Shown: positions 37,414 to 49,793, counted from the first letter of the stretch. The stretch is 64,000 nt of DNA from Terriglobia bacterium (GCA_965198225.1 CBDAOY010000008.1:288001-352000), one strand, 5' to 3'. Numbers and translations: made by a program. Notes: a model not told the origin generated them from the sequence alone.

Positions 37414-38422
37414 CCGTTACTCCCGTCAGGTGCGCTTCGACGGGATCGGCGAAGCGGGGCAGAAGCGCCTGGAGGCGGCAAGCGTCGTTCTGGTCGGCCT
37501 CGGCGCGCTGGGCTCGGTGGCGGCAGATCAGCTGGTTCGCTCCGGCGTGGGTCGATTGCGTTTGATCGACCGCGACCTCGTCGAACTAACGAACCTCCAG
37601 CGACAGACCCTCTACGACGAAGAGGACGTCCGCCGGGGTCTTCCAAAGGCGGTGGCCGCCCGAGCGAGGCTCGAACGCACCAACTCCACCGTCAAGTTGG
37701 AGGCTATCGTCGACGACCTGAATCCCTCGAACGTCGAGGAGTTCATCCAAGATGCTGACCTCGTCCTGGATGCTGTCGACAACTTCGAAACCCGGTTCGT
37801 CCTCAACGACGCCTGCCGAAAATCCCAGCGTGCGTGGATCTACGCTGCGGCCGTCGGGAGCTACGGTGTGATGATGCCGGTCCTTCCCGACGGCGCCTGC
37901 CTCCGTTGCGTCATCGAGAGCCTGCCCGCACCCGGCTCTTCGCCCACCTGCGACACGGCGGGCGTCATCGCTCCGATCACGAACGCCATCGCCTCGATGC
38001 AGGTTTCCGAGGCCTTCCGTTTTCTGACGGGTCAACTCAGGGCAGAGGATGTCCGCCTCATTTCTTTCGATGTTTGGTCCGGCCGTTTTCACTCGATGAG
38101 AATCCCGGCCGAAGCCCGGAGCCACTGCCCGCTGTGTGCGGAGGGTCGGCTGGAGTACCTGGACGCCGCACCTCTGAGGACCATCAGCCTTTGCGGGCGC
38201 AACGCCGTGCAACTGATCCCGGCCGTGCGGGGAGAACTGGACATGTCCGAGGTCGGGAAGTCCCTCGAGGCGTTCGGTATTGTCCAGTCCAATGAGTTCC
38301 TGCTCAAGTGCTACAACCCTCCCTATGAGCTGACCTTGTTCCGTGATGGTCGTGCCATCGTGAAGGGAACCGAAGAGGCCTCGGTCGCCAGATCCGTATA
38401 TTCAAGAATGGTGGGGCTCTAG
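37400..38422 (+). CDS. ThiF/MoeB family adenylyltransferase
   Basis: RYSRQ, GLGALG, DRDLVELTNLQRQ, CLRC/CPLC, TCDTAGV, LCGRNAVQ C-terminal domain; TTG start. Confidence 0.93.
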   Translation: MSDGDRYSRQVRFDGIGEAGQKRLEAASVVLVGLGALGSVAADQLVRSGVGRLRLIDRDLVELTNLQRQTLYDEEDVRRGLPKAVAARARLERTNSTVKLEAIVDDLNPSNVEEFIQDADLVLDAVDNFETRFVLNDACRKSQRAWIYAAAVGSYGVMMPVLPDGACLRCVIESLPAPGSSPTCDTAGVIAPITNAIASMQVSEAFRFLTGQLRAEDVRLISFDVWSGRFHSMRIPAEARSHCPLCAEGRLEYLDAAPLRTISLCGRNAVQLIPAVRGELDMSEVGKSLEAFGIVQSNEFLLKCYNPPYELTLFRDGRAIVKGTEEASVARSVYSRMVGL

Positions 38423-38476
38423 TCCGCATTTCTCATCGAAATACGCAGGACTACCATCGAAGCGCTTGAATTCGGT

Positions 38477-38561
38477 GAATTCGGGGACGGAGACCGAATT
38501 ACCCGGACTATCAAACCGTTGGTTTTCGGTTCCCAACAACTCGGTCTCCGTCCCCGAATTC
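38477..38561. repeat. Palindromic repeat A, copy 2
   Basis: Reverse complement of 14499-14577. Confidence 0.88.
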
Positions 38562-38679
38562 CCCGACAGCTGGGCTTGAGCGTCGGTGAGAAATGTGGGT
38601 ACCGAACATTAGTGAGAAGTTCGGGCTGACGGATTTTTGGTAGACGCTGCCGCGGAACGTGTGGTACACCCTCACGGCC

Positions 38680-40179
38680 ATGGAAGCTTCCCCACAAGGC
38701 GAGACGAAGGTTCGCCAGCTAGTTAGTGAAGGCGAATCCCGCTTCGACGAACTGCGACGAAAAGCCGGCTTCATACTGGCACCGGGCCTGCTGCTCCTGA
38801 TTCTCTGGCTGCCCTTGCCGGGTCTGTCGACTGAGGCGCACCGTCTCGCTGGAATCATGGCGCTGGTCGTCACATTGTGGGTGACCGAGGCCATCCCGCT
38901 TCCGGTGACCGCCCTGCTCGGCCCTACCCTGGCCGTGATTTTCGGAATCGCCCCGGCCCGGGAGGCCTTTGCCGCGTTTTCCGATCCACTGATCTTTCTC
39001 TTCATCGGGAGCTTCATCGTCGCCCAGGCGATTTTCGTCCATAGGCTCAACGAACGGATCGCGTACGGCGTGATGTCGTGGAAGGTCATCGGTGCGCGCC
39101 CTGCTCGAATCCTTGTTGCCTATTGCGGCATCGCGGCGGTGCTCTCGGCCTTTATGAGCAACACCGCGACGGCGGCGATGCTGTTGCCCCTCGGGATGTC
39201 TCTGCTGGCATTCATGGACTCGGAAGGAGGCGTCACCAAGAAGTACGGAACAGTCCTGATGCTCTCGACCGCCTACGGTTGCTCGCTGGGCGGGATCATG
39301 ACCGTGGTGGGGACGCCGCCTAACGTTGTTGCCGTCAGCATGATCGATCAGCTTGTGGATAGGCAGATCAGCTTTGTCGACTGGATGGTCTTTGCCGTCC
39401 CGATCTCGATCGTGATGCTCGCGTTCCTGTTCATCTACCTCAACTGGGCTGGAGGAGCGGCTGGAGAGATCCCCGGCGCGGATCTGATCATCAGGGAGCG
39501 CAAGGCAGCTCTGGGGCCCTGGAAACGCGGTGAGCGAAATGTCCTGATAGCGTTCGCTGTCACGGTGACGCTCTGGGTCGTTCCCGGGACGCTACCGAGG
39601 ATTATCGATCATCCCATCGCAAGTCAGATCGCGGCTTCGGTCCCGATCTCCGTTGCAGCCATTGTCGGGGCATCGTTGCTGTTTCTGCTGCCGATCAGCC
39701 GGAGCGAGAGATCGACCATCACATGGAAACAGGCGGCGCAGATCGACTGGGGAACGATTCTGCTCTTCGGCGGAGGGCTTGCGCTGGGTAGTTTGGCGTT
39801 CTCGACTGGTCTGGCCGAGGCGTTCGGGAGGGGCATCACCAGCTTGGTTCCGGTGTCGTCGGTTGTGACGCTCACGTTTGCCGCGGCCGTGTTCGGCGTC
39901 GTCCTGTCTGAGGCGATGTCGAACACAGCCGCCGCCACGATAGCCATACCCATCATCATTTCAATCGCCCAGGCAGCAGGTACCGACCCGATTCCGCCGG
40001 CCATCGCGGCCAGTCTCGCGGCCTCGGTCGCCGTGGTCCTGCCGGTATCGACGCCTCCCAACGCCATCGTGTATTCCTCCGGCAAGGTTCCGATCACCCA
40101 GATGATCAAATACGGGCTACTGCTCGACGCGGTTGCCGTCATCGTGATTCCAACCGCGGTGCTGTTGTTCCTCGCCTGA
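38680..40179 (+). CDS. DASS/SLC13 family Na+:dicarboxylate/sulfate symporter
   Basis: WVTEAIP, MSNTAT, GTPPN, MSNTA, PVSTPPNAI. Confidence 0.95.
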   Translation: MEASPQGETKVRQLVSEGESRFDELRRKAGFILAPGLLLLILWLPLPGLSTEAHRLAGIMALVVTLWVTEAIPLPVTALLGPTLAVIFGIAPAREAFAAFSDPLIFLFIGSFIVAQAIFVHRLNERIAYGVMSWKVIGARPARILVAYCGIAAVLSAFMSNTATAAMLLPLGMSLLAFMDSEGGVTKKYGTVLMLSTAYGCSLGGIMTVVGTPPNVVAVSMIDQLVDRQISFVDWMVFAVPISIVMLAFLFIYLNWAGGAAGEIPGADLIIRERKAALGPWKRGERNVLIAFAVTVTLWVVPGTLPRIIDHPIASQIAASVPISVAAIVGASLLFLLPISRSERSTITWKQAAQIDWGTILLFGGGLALGSLAFSTGLAEAFGRGITSLVPVSSVVTLTFAAAVFGVVLSEAMSNTAAATIAIPIIISIAQAAGTDPIPPAIAASLAASVAVVLPVSTPPNAIVYSSGKVPITQMIKYGLLLDAVAVIVIPTAVLLFLA

Positions 40180-40287
40180 GGAATTCCCGCTCCGCTGCCA
40201 GATCGACGCTGTTGTCGAGGTGCATCTGTGCCCTATATCACCTTCTGTAAGTGACGGTTACGCCACCTTTCCGTTTCGGCGAAAGTG

Positions 40288-40316
40288 TTGACACTCCTCC
40301 CGGCGGAGTGTAAAAG
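40288..40316 (+). promoter_or_regulatory. Putative sigma70 promoter of cstA
   Basis: TTGACA-N17-TAAAAG. Confidence 0.5.
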
Positions 40317-40358
40317 GTAAGGCGATCTTTCCATGAGGGAAGCCTGAAGGAGGATGAT

Positions 40359-42038
40359 ATGCCACCAGTGTTGGCAGCCGCGTTGTGCTTCGTCACCTAC
40401 GTCCTGTTCTATCGGTTTTACGCCCACCATTTGGGAGGTCGGATCTTCAAGCTGGATCCGGATGCGATTACCCCCGCGCATGCGATGACGGACGGAGTGG
40501 ACTACGTCCCCTGCCGGAAGAGCGTGCTCTTCGGACATCACTATGCTTCGATTGCCGGATTGGCGCCGATGCTCGGCCCCGCCATCGCCGTGATCTGGGG
40601 ATGGTTGCCGGGCATGCTGTGGGTCGTCCTCGGAACCCTGCTGATCGGGGCGGTGCATGACTTCAGCGCGCTCGTCGTTTCGATGCGCCACAAGGGGTTG
40701 AGCATTGGAAAGGTTGCTGAGAACTTGATCGGAGCCCGGGCGAAGGCGCTTTTCCTCCTGATCATCCTCTTTCTGATCTGCCTCGTGATGGGCGTGTTCG
40801 TCGGTGTTGTCGCCGACCTGTTCACGACGAGCTTCTACCCGGAATCGGTCTTCCCGACGTTCTTCCTGATGGGGGTTGCAATCGTGATCGGCTGGATGGT
40901 CTACAAGCGCTCGGCCGGTATCGGAAAGAGTACGGCCATCGGCTTTGCGTTGATGCTGGGATCGATCGTCGTGGCCCTGAACATCACCCAGCCGGACCTC
41001 GGACGAGGATCCTGGATCCTGATCCTCCTGGTGTACGCCTTTGCCGCGTCCGTCCTGCCGGTCTGGCTCTTACTCCAACCGCGGGATTACCTGAACTCGC
41101 TGCTGTTATACCTGGGCCTCGGGGTTGCATACATCGGTTTCTTCCTGCTGCGTCCGGAGTTCGCCGCCCCGGCGCTCGACACCGCGCCGGCAGGAGCCCC
41201 ACCGATCTTCCCGTTCGTCTTCATCGTGATCGCGTGCGGGGCCGCCTCCGGCTTCCACGGGCTGGTCTCGTCGGGCACGACATCCAAGCAGATCGACAAA
41301 GAACCCGATGCCGTCGCGATCGGCTACGGAGGCATGGTCGGCGAATCCCTCCTGGGGCTGATGGCGGTCCTGGCCACGACGGCTGGATTCCGTTCGTTGG
41401 AGGCCTGGAGCGAACACTACTCCAGTTGGTCGGTCGCCGAAGGGCTGGCTCCAAAGATGAGCGCGTTCATCGACGGCACGGCTCTGTTCGTGACCCAGCT
41501 CGGTGTGTCGATGCCGCTCGCTCAAGCGTTCATCGCTCTTGTCGCGGTTTCGTTCGCCCTGACCTCGCTCGATTCCGGGACGCGTCTTTTGCGTTATAAC
41601 ATCGGCGAAATCGCGGATTCCATCGGTGCGCCCCAGCTCGCCAACCGGTACGTCGCCTCCGGTATCGCTGTCGCTCTGATCGCGTTCTTCGCGTTCTACG
41701 AGATCAACGGGCAGTCGGCGGGCCTGGCTCTCTGGGCGTTGTTCGGGAGCACGAACCAGGTGCTGGCCGGGCTGACACTGCTGACCGTCACCGTCTATCT
41801 CCGACAGAAGGGATGGAACTACTGGTACACCTTCGTGCCAATGGTATTCATGCTGGGAGTGACCATCACCGCCATGGTCTACAACCTCTGGGTCTACTAC
41901 AGCGGCGGCCAGTTCCTTCTGACGTTTGTCGCGAGCAGCGTTTTCGTCCTGAGCATCTGGCTGGTAGTCGAAGCCATCCTGCGCTTCCGAAAGGACAGCG
42001 TAATGGTTTCTGTTCCGGAGGCGGCCGGGGGCGATTAG
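40359..42038 (+). CDS. cstA: Carbon starvation protein A (peptide/pyruvate transporter)
   Basis: DGVDYVP, GHHYASIAG, GAVHDF, PVWLLLQPRDY, SGFHGLVSSGTT. Confidence 0.95.
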   Translation: MPPVLAAALCFVTYVLFYRFYAHHLGGRIFKLDPDAITPAHAMTDGVDYVPCRKSVLFGHHYASIAGLAPMLGPAIAVIWGWLPGMLWVVLGTLLIGAVHDFSALVVSMRHKGLSIGKVAENLIGARAKALFLLIILFLICLVMGVFVGVVADLFTTSFYPESVFPTFFLMGVAIVIGWMVYKRSAGIGKSTAIGFALMLGSIVVALNITQPDLGRGSWILILLVYAFAASVLPVWLLLQPRDYLNSLLLYLGLGVAYIGFFLLRPEFAAPALDTAPAGAPPIFPFVFIVIACGAASGFHGLVSSGTTSKQIDKEPDAVAIGYGGMVGESLLGLMAVLATTAGFRSLEAWSEHYSSWSVAEGLAPKMSAFIDGTALFVTQLGVSMPLAQAFIALVAVSFALTSLDSGTRLLRYNIGEIADSIGAPQLANRYVASGIAVALIAFFAFYEINGQSAGLALWALFGSTNQVLAGLTLLTVTVYLRQKGWNYWYTFVPMVFMLGVTITAMVYNLWVYYSGGQFLLTFVASSVFVLSIWLVVEAILRFRKDSVMVSVPEAAGGD

Positions 42039-42067
42039 GTCGCTTTTCGGAGTTGGACACCGTTGAG

Positions 42068-42094
42068 AAAGGGGTGGCGAAAGCCACCCTTTTT
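42068..42094 (+). terminator. Intrinsic terminator between convergent cstA and speB
   Basis: AAAGGGGTGGC-GAAA-GCCACCCTTTTT. Confidence 0.88.
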
Positions 42095-42107
42095 GATTTT
42101 TGGGAGA

Positions 42108-42213
42108 AGTAGGCCGTTATCCGTAGCCGTTAGGGGAGCGTCCCGCTTTTCCCGCGGCGCAGCCGCCAACGGCCTACGCCCTACGGCCTACGTCCCCAAG
42201 CCTACGGCCTACG
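42108..42213. repeat. Inverted heptamer-repeat pair overlapping the speB stop
   Basis: gtaggccgttatccgtagccgtt ... aacggcctacgccctacggcctacg. Confidence 0.8.
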
Positions 42214-43083
42214 TCCCATGAACACGTACCCGATGATCTTGTACGCCAGTTTCGCGCAGAGAAAGTCCGCCGAGTGGAGCCCCTCGATCGGTGAGAGCTC
42301 GACGATGTCGGCTCCGACGATCGTGCGGCGCTCGGCCACCTGACGGATCAGCTCGAGGGTTTCCGACCATCCCATCCCTCCCGGTTCCGGGGTGCCTGTT
42401 GCGGGCACGAGGGAAGGATCGAGACCATCGACGTCAATCGTAAGGTACACGTGTTCGCTCAAGCTGGCTACGGCGTCCGCGATCCAGGCCGTGTGACCGA
42501 CGATGTCCCGGGCGAAGAAAATCCGCGTAGGTAGCTCAGCCGCGGCCTCTTTTTCTTCTTTGGATATGGATCGGATTCCAACCTGGACCAACGGGCAGAT
42601 TTCCACGACACGGCGCATCACGCAAGCGTGGCTGTGCGGAGTCCCGTCGTAAGAGTCCCGGAGGTCGGCATGGGCGTCGATCTGGAGAACGGTCAGGTCG
42701 GAGTACTTGTCTTTCACGGCCCGGATGATCGGTGTCGAAAGCGTATGTTCGCCCCCGAGAGTCAGGACGAACTTGTCGTCCAGGCAGTATCGGGCGGCGT
42801 TGGCGCCGATTCGTTCCAGGGCCTCAGATTCGGTGAGGTCCGCAACGTCGGTCTCCGGCAAGGTGTGGATGCCGATCCTGTAAGGTTCCCAGTCGAGTTC
42901 ATCGTCGTAGTACTCGACGTAGCCGGAAGCGTTGAGGATGGCGCGCGGCCCCCCGATGGTTCCATGTCCCCAGCTCGTGGTCCGTTCGTAGGGTACGGGC
43001 CAAACGAGGACCCGGCTGTTGGTGTAGTCGCGGAATCCGTCCGGAATGTCCAGAAACCGGGAGGAGCCGGATTCGTCACTCAT
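42202..43083 (-). CDS. speB: Agmatinase
   Basis: GGEH, DAHADLRD, IDVDGLDP, TGTPEPGG. Confidence 0.95.
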   Translation of the reverse strand: MSDESGSSRFLDIPDGFRDYTNSRVLVWPVPYERTTSWGHGTIGGPRAILNASGYVEYYDDELDWEPYRIGIHTLPETDVADLTESEALERIGANAARYCLDDKFVLTLGGEHTLSTPIIRAVKDKYSDLTVLQIDAHADLRDSYDGTPHSHACVMRRVVEICPLVQVGIRSISKEEKEAAAELPTRIFFARDIVGHTAWIADAVASLSEHVYLTIDVDGLDPSLVPATGTPEPGGMGWSETLELIRQVAERRTIVGADIVELSPIEGLHSADFLCAKLAYKIIGYVFMGRRP

Positions 43084-43646
43084 TTTGGGACGTAGACAGG
43101 TTCTGGAATGAAGATCGCTCCGGCGACGACAGTCGTCCAGAGTCCGTTCTTGTTGCCAACTGCCGATTTCGTAACACTCGTGCTCTTGACGATCTTGTTG
43201 GAGATGCGCCAGATTTCTCTTTTCTCATCCCAGCTCCGATCCGGATCGAACTCCACTCCCTGGGTGGTCGCCAGCATTTCTGCGGCGAGATCTTCCGCGT
43301 AGTCTCCCGCCACGTCTTCCCGCTCGCCGAAGGAGTGGTGTTCGGACAGGTATCCGAAGGAGTGGGGATCTGCCGGTATCGCGACGCCGATCGAGGCGGC
43401 CAGCAACCGGTGAGGTTCGTTCGTTGCGTTCGAGCTGATTACAGAGAAAACGATCTGGCCCGGATACAGGAACTTCAGCCCCTGAGTTCTCGGGATCAAC
43501 TTGCATCGTGGAGGGAAGATGCTGGAGACGTGGACGAGGTTAAACGGCGCAAGCCCGGCGTCGCGCAGGGCCATTTCGTAGCTGGGCAGTTTTTCTCGAT
43601 GCCGACCGACGCCCTTGGTCAGGAAGATCTTCTTGGCTACAAACAC
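43080..43646 (-). CDS. Pyruvoyl-dependent arginine decarboxylase
   Basis: ALRDAGLAPFNLVHVSSIFPP with Ser-Ser cleavage site, GYLSEH, WTTVVA. Confidence 0.92.
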   Translation of the reverse strand: MFVAKKIFLTKGVGRHREKLPSYEMALRDAGLAPFNLVHVSSIFPPRCKLIPRTQGLKFLYPGQIVFSVISSNATNEPHRLLAASIGVAIPADPHSFGYLSEHHSFGEREDVAGDYAEDLAAEMLATTQGVEFDPDRSWDEKREIWRISNKIVKSTSVTKSAVGNKNGLWTTVVAGAIFIPEPVYVPK

Positions 43647-43726
43647 CCGGCATGAACCTCCGCCTGCCGATGGCCGATCGTGTGGAGTCCGGAATCAAAA
43701 GATCGAGCTTGTCCGGCAGGTTCCGG

Positions 43727-43784
43727 ACGTTAGCAGAACCGCTTTGGGGTGTCAATTGACATCCATCGGGGCGCATGTTAGGTT
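43727..43784. promoter_or_regulatory. Back-to-back divergent sigma70 promoters sharing the palindrome TGTCAATTGACA
   Basis: Minus strand TTGACA-N17-TAACGT toward the decarboxylase; plus strand TTGACA-N17-TAGGTT toward icd; both have a TG extension. Confidence 0.65.
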
Positions 43785-43820
43785 CGGCCTTCCGTTCGGC
43801 ACGAGCGGCCCCGCCCTCAG

Positions 43821-44088
43821 CAGCCCGTGGCAGAAGTCTGATGGCTCGCGTTACGGCGACGTCGCGCCAGCTGCTAGGCGCCGCGCCGACCGGCCCGCGG
43901 TCCGGAGAAATGTTGCGCGGCAACAACGCCCGCGTGTGACGCCGCCGTAACCCTCCGGGCGCACGGGGGTTGCGGTCGGATACTTTGTTGCTCGTCGTCA
44001 TGATGAAACAGCATCAGTTCCTCCTCGCGCCTAGTCTCCGCCTCGCAAGACCCGTGCGCGCGAACCATCAGCCTTCTGCCACGGGCTG
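43821..44088. mobile_element. MITE-2, 268 bp, same two-armed core as MITE-1 but different TIRs
   Basis: TIRs CAGCCCGTGGCAGAAG.CTGATGG.TCGCG; flanks CTCAG/CTAAG. Confidence 0.85.
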
Positions 44089-44120
44089 CTAAGCCATCGA
44101 ATTATTCTGGAGGTCTAATT

Positions 44121-46288
<2,168 letters not shown>

Positions 46289-46449
46289 CGTTTCGTACGT
46301 ATTGCGTGGGGGTACGTTGCGCCTTTCCTGGTAATGCCCGGACTCATCAGCCAGACAATAGCCGGCGCCTCGACTGTCGGACATCTGCGGGCGATTCGCC
46401 CCGACGATCCGGAGGAGAGTACGCAGTGATCAACCGAGGATCAAACACA

Positions 46450-48528
46450 ATGAGCAGATTCAAGAAAACCACGTTCTGGACTTTGGCCGTTCTGAGCGCC
46501 CTTCTTCTTGCGAGCGTCCCAGCAACGGCTCAGGAGCCGGAAGAGGCAGCGGAGCCGTCGATCGTCGATAGCGCCGCGACCGTCGAGGTGACGCCCGCTT
46601 CTTTGACACTCGACGTCGGCGAGAAGGCCAAACTGGAGGCGGTCGTCAAGGACGCCGAGGGTAACGTCATACAGGCTCCGGTCATCTTCATCTCACGTGC
46701 ACGCCGGAACCTGGGCGTTCAAGCCTCGGGAGACGTCGAGGCCTACCGTCCGGGTGAATACACGATCGTCGCGATCGTGCCCCAGGGTGAGGATTTCAAC
46801 CCGAGGAACCCGAACCAGGAAGGCGTGCGTGCCGAGATCGCCGTGACGATCCCCCAGCCGCCACTGGACCGGATCATCATGAGCGGCCTCTCCGCCACGA
46901 TGTTTGAGGGCACGACGCTGCGGACCAAGGCCGATGTCTATGACACGACCGACGTCATCCGGCGCGACCTGACGCCGACGCTCGCGACCAGCGATTCTTC
47001 GGTGGCCACCGTCGACCGCTTTGGTCAGGTGAAGGCGAACCGGACGGGGACGTTCAAACTGATTGCCTCGATCGAGTCCGTGACGGAGGAGATGACGGTC
47101 GATGTCGTGACGAATCCCATCCGCTCGCTCGAACTCGACCCGTCCGAGACCGAAGCGCGAACGGGAGACGTCATCCTGATGGGAGGCGTGGCCAAAGATG
47201 CTTCGGGCAACCCGATAGAAGGTTACCCGATCCGCTACGCCGTCCAGGCGCACGAAGTCGATGCGAACCCGGGGGCCGCTGCGCGGGCCCAGATCCTGGA
47301 CGACGGTCGTTTCGTAGCCGAGGAGCCCGGCCTGTACACCGTGATGGCGCTTGCCGGTGACCTTTCGGCGACCACGACGGTTGAAATCACGCCGCGCGAA
47401 GTGCGGAGAACAGTGGAAGTCCTCGGCCGTGGCCCCGTGATCGACCGCCATACCTCGGACCTCTGGGTCTGGGAAGGCGTCGACGGTCGGGACTACGCGA
47501 TCACCGGAACCTGGGGGGCTGCCGGACACGCCTACTTCTGGGACGTCACCGATCCTGAGAACATCAAGCTGATCGACACGATCAACGTCGACGCGAGGAC
47601 CGTCAACGACGTCAAGGTGTCCGAAGACGGAACGATCGCGGTGATCAGCCGGGAGGGTGCATCGAACCGGCGCAATGGAATCGTGTTGCTCGACGTCAGC
47701 AATCCGGGAGAGGTCAAGACGATCTCGACGTACGATGAGGAATTGACAGGCGGTGTGCACAACGTTTTCATCCACGACAACCACGTGTACGCGTTGAGCA
47801 ACGGACGGCGATACGACATCATCAATATCGCTGAGCCGAAGCTGCCGTTCCGGGTCGGCCGATTCGAACTGGACACTCCCGGACACTCGATTCATGACGT
47901 TTGGGTCGAGGATGGCATTGCGTATTCGTCGAACTGGAGGGACGGCGTCGTGATGGTCGATGTCGGTAACGGGATCAAAGGGGGCAGCCCGGAGAAGCCC
48001 GTCGAGATCGGCCGCTATGCCGACCCGAAGGGAGCCAACCATGCCGCCTTCCCGTTCCGCAGCCAGTCGACGGGCAAGTTCTACGTGATCATGGGCGACG
48101 AGATCATGGGCGGCCGGCTCTTCCCGTATCGTGACAACATGAGCGAAGGCGATCCGGAGATGGCCGCCGGCTACATGCACTTCGTCGATTTCACCGATCC
48201 GGACAATCCCGTCGAGGTGGCGCGTTACGAGGTACCGGAGGCGGGGACGCACAACCTCTGGGTGGACGGTGACACACTTTACATCGGTTACTACAACGGC
48301 GGGTTGCGGGTCGTGGACATCTCGGGCGATCTTGTCGGCGATCTGTACCGTCAAGATCGGGAGATAGCCTGGTTCACGCCCTACGACAATAACGGTTTCG
48401 TACGCAATGCGCCCATGGTGTGGGGCGCCCAGGCTTACAAGGGCATGATCTACCTGGCCGACTTCAACAGCGGCCTGTGGGCCGTGAGGCTGAAATCCGA
48501 CGAAGAGGAGCAGACGACACCGCAATGA
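46450..48528 (+). CDS. Exported Ig-like (Big_2) plus LVIVD-repeat beta-propeller protein
   Basis: Signal peptide; VEVTPASLTL, TSDSSVATVD; FWDVTDP, LLDVSNP, LRVVDIS repeats. Confidence 0.85.
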   Translation: MSRFKKTTFWTLAVLSALLLASVPATAQEPEEAAEPSIVDSAATVEVTPASLTLDVGEKAKLEAVVKDAEGNVIQAPVIFISRARRNLGVQASGDVEAYRPGEYTIVAIVPQGEDFNPRNPNQEGVRAEIAVTIPQPPLDRIIMSGLSATMFEGTTLRTKADVYDTTDVIRRDLTPTLATSDSSVATVDRFGQVKANRTGTFKLIASIESVTEEMTVDVVTNPIRSLELDPSETEARTGDVILMGGVAKDASGNPIEGYPIRYAVQAHEVDANPGAAARAQILDDGRFVAEEPGLYTVMALAGDLSATTTVEITPREVRRTVEVLGRGPVIDRHTSDLWVWEGVDGRDYAITGTWGAAGHAYFWDVTDPENIKLIDTINVDARTVNDVKVSEDGTIAVISREGASNRRNGIVLLDVSNPGEVKTISTYDEELTGGVHNVFIHDNHVYALSNGRRYDIINIAEPKLPFRVGRFELDTPGHSIHDVWVEDGIAYSSNWRDGVVMVDVGNGIKGGSPEKPVEIGRYADPKGANHAAFPFRSQSTGKFYVIMGDEIMGGRLFPYRDNMSEGDPEMAAGYMHFVDFTDPDNPVEVARYEVPEAGTHNLWVDGDTLYIGYYNGGLRVVDISGDLVGDLYRQDREIAWFTPYDNNGFVRNAPMVWGAQAYKGMIYLADFNSGLWAVRLKSDEEEQTTPQ

Positions 48529-49715
48529 GACGGACGTTGATCCTATCGCTTCTGGCGTTCACGGCCCTTTCGGGGGCCGTGAACGCCCAGGGTCCGACGC
48601 GCAACTACTGGGTCTACGTGGCATCGGAGTCGGAGGACGAGGTTTCTCTCATCCGGTACGGCCCCGGGGGCCTGGAGGTGCAGAAGCGGATAGGAGTCGG
48701 AATCTGGCCGACCGAAATCGAGGGTCCGCACGGAATCCGGGTGTCTCCTGACGGCCGGCACTGGTACATGTCGCTGGCCCACGGAAACCCTTTCGGGTCG
48801 ATCTACAAGTACCGTACCGGGACCGACGAGCTGGTGGAGACCGTCGAGGTCGGCATGTTTCCCGCGACGCTGGACATCGCACGGAGCACCGGGCTGTTGT
48901 ATGTGGTGAATTTCGATCTGCACGGTGAGATGAAACCCAGCACGATTTCCGTCGTCGAGACTCGAAGCATGCTGGAAGTCGCCGAGATCGAAGTCGGTAT
49001 CATGCCGCATAGCGCCCGGTTGAACCGTGCCGGCGACCGCCAGTACTCGGTCATGATGATGACGGACGAGCTGGTAGAGCTGGATGCGTTCAAGTTCCAG
49101 GTCAGCCGCCGCCTGCCGCTGTCCGACATTGCCCGCCGGAGGGCCGGGGGGATGTCCGACGGCATGCGCATGAGCCATGACATGTCCGACATGCCCGAAG
49201 CCCCCGAGCGTGACGAAATGCCGGGCGAACCGATCGAGGGCATGGCGGGCACGGGTGGCATGGACATGACCGTCATGGCCACCGCCAAACCGACATGGTC
49301 CCAGCCGCACCCGAATGGCAAGTTCGTTTACGTGGCGGCCAACGGCAGCGACGAAGTCATTGAAGTAGATCTGGAGAAGTGGGAAATCGCCCGAACCTTC
49401 GAGACCGCCGCCGGACCCTACAATATCGACGTCACTCCCGACGGCAAGCTTCTCGTCGTCAGCTATAAAAGCGCCGGTTCCACAGGTGTCTGGGACCTCG
49501 AGGACGGCGAGGAAATCGCCCGCGTCGAAAACTCGCGAAGCGTGACTCACGGTGTCGTGATCAGCCCGGATTCCCGATACGCTTTCATCTCGGTGGAAGG
49601 CGTTGGCGGCGAACCCGGGGCTCTCGATGTGATCGACCTTGAAACGCTGAAGTTGTCCGACAGTGTGGATATCGGGAAGCAGGCGTCGGGGATTTCCTTC
49701 TGGAAAATGCAATAA
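48525..49715 (+). CDS. Exported YncE/YVTN beta-propeller with a Met-rich insertion
   Basis: PHGIRVSPDGR, YVVNF, YVAANG, THGVVISPDSRY; ATGA overlap with the upstream gene. Confidence 0.85.
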   Translation: MRRTLILSLLAFTALSGAVNAQGPTRNYWVYVASESEDEVSLIRYGPGGLEVQKRIGVGIWPTEIEGPHGIRVSPDGRHWYMSLAHGNPFGSIYKYRTGTDELVETVEVGMFPATLDIARSTGLLYVVNFDLHGEMKPSTISVVETRSMLEVAEIEVGIMPHSARLNRAGDRQYSVMMMTDELVELDAFKFQVSRRLPLSDIARRRAGGMSDGMRMSHDMSDMPEAPERDEMPGEPIEGMAGTGGMDMTVMATAKPTWSQPHPNGKFVYVAANGSDEVIEVDLEKWEIARTFETAAGPYNIDVTPDGKLLVVSYKSAGSTGVWDLEDGEEIARVENSRSVTHGVVISPDSRYAFISVEGVGGEPGALDVIDLETLKLSDSVDIGKQASGISFWKMQ

Positions 49716-49793
49716 GAAATGACGAGTGAAGAGTGACGAGTCGGAGGCAGGCGTTTTTCGCTTTGTTTCGAGACGATCCGCGAGAGAGTCACT

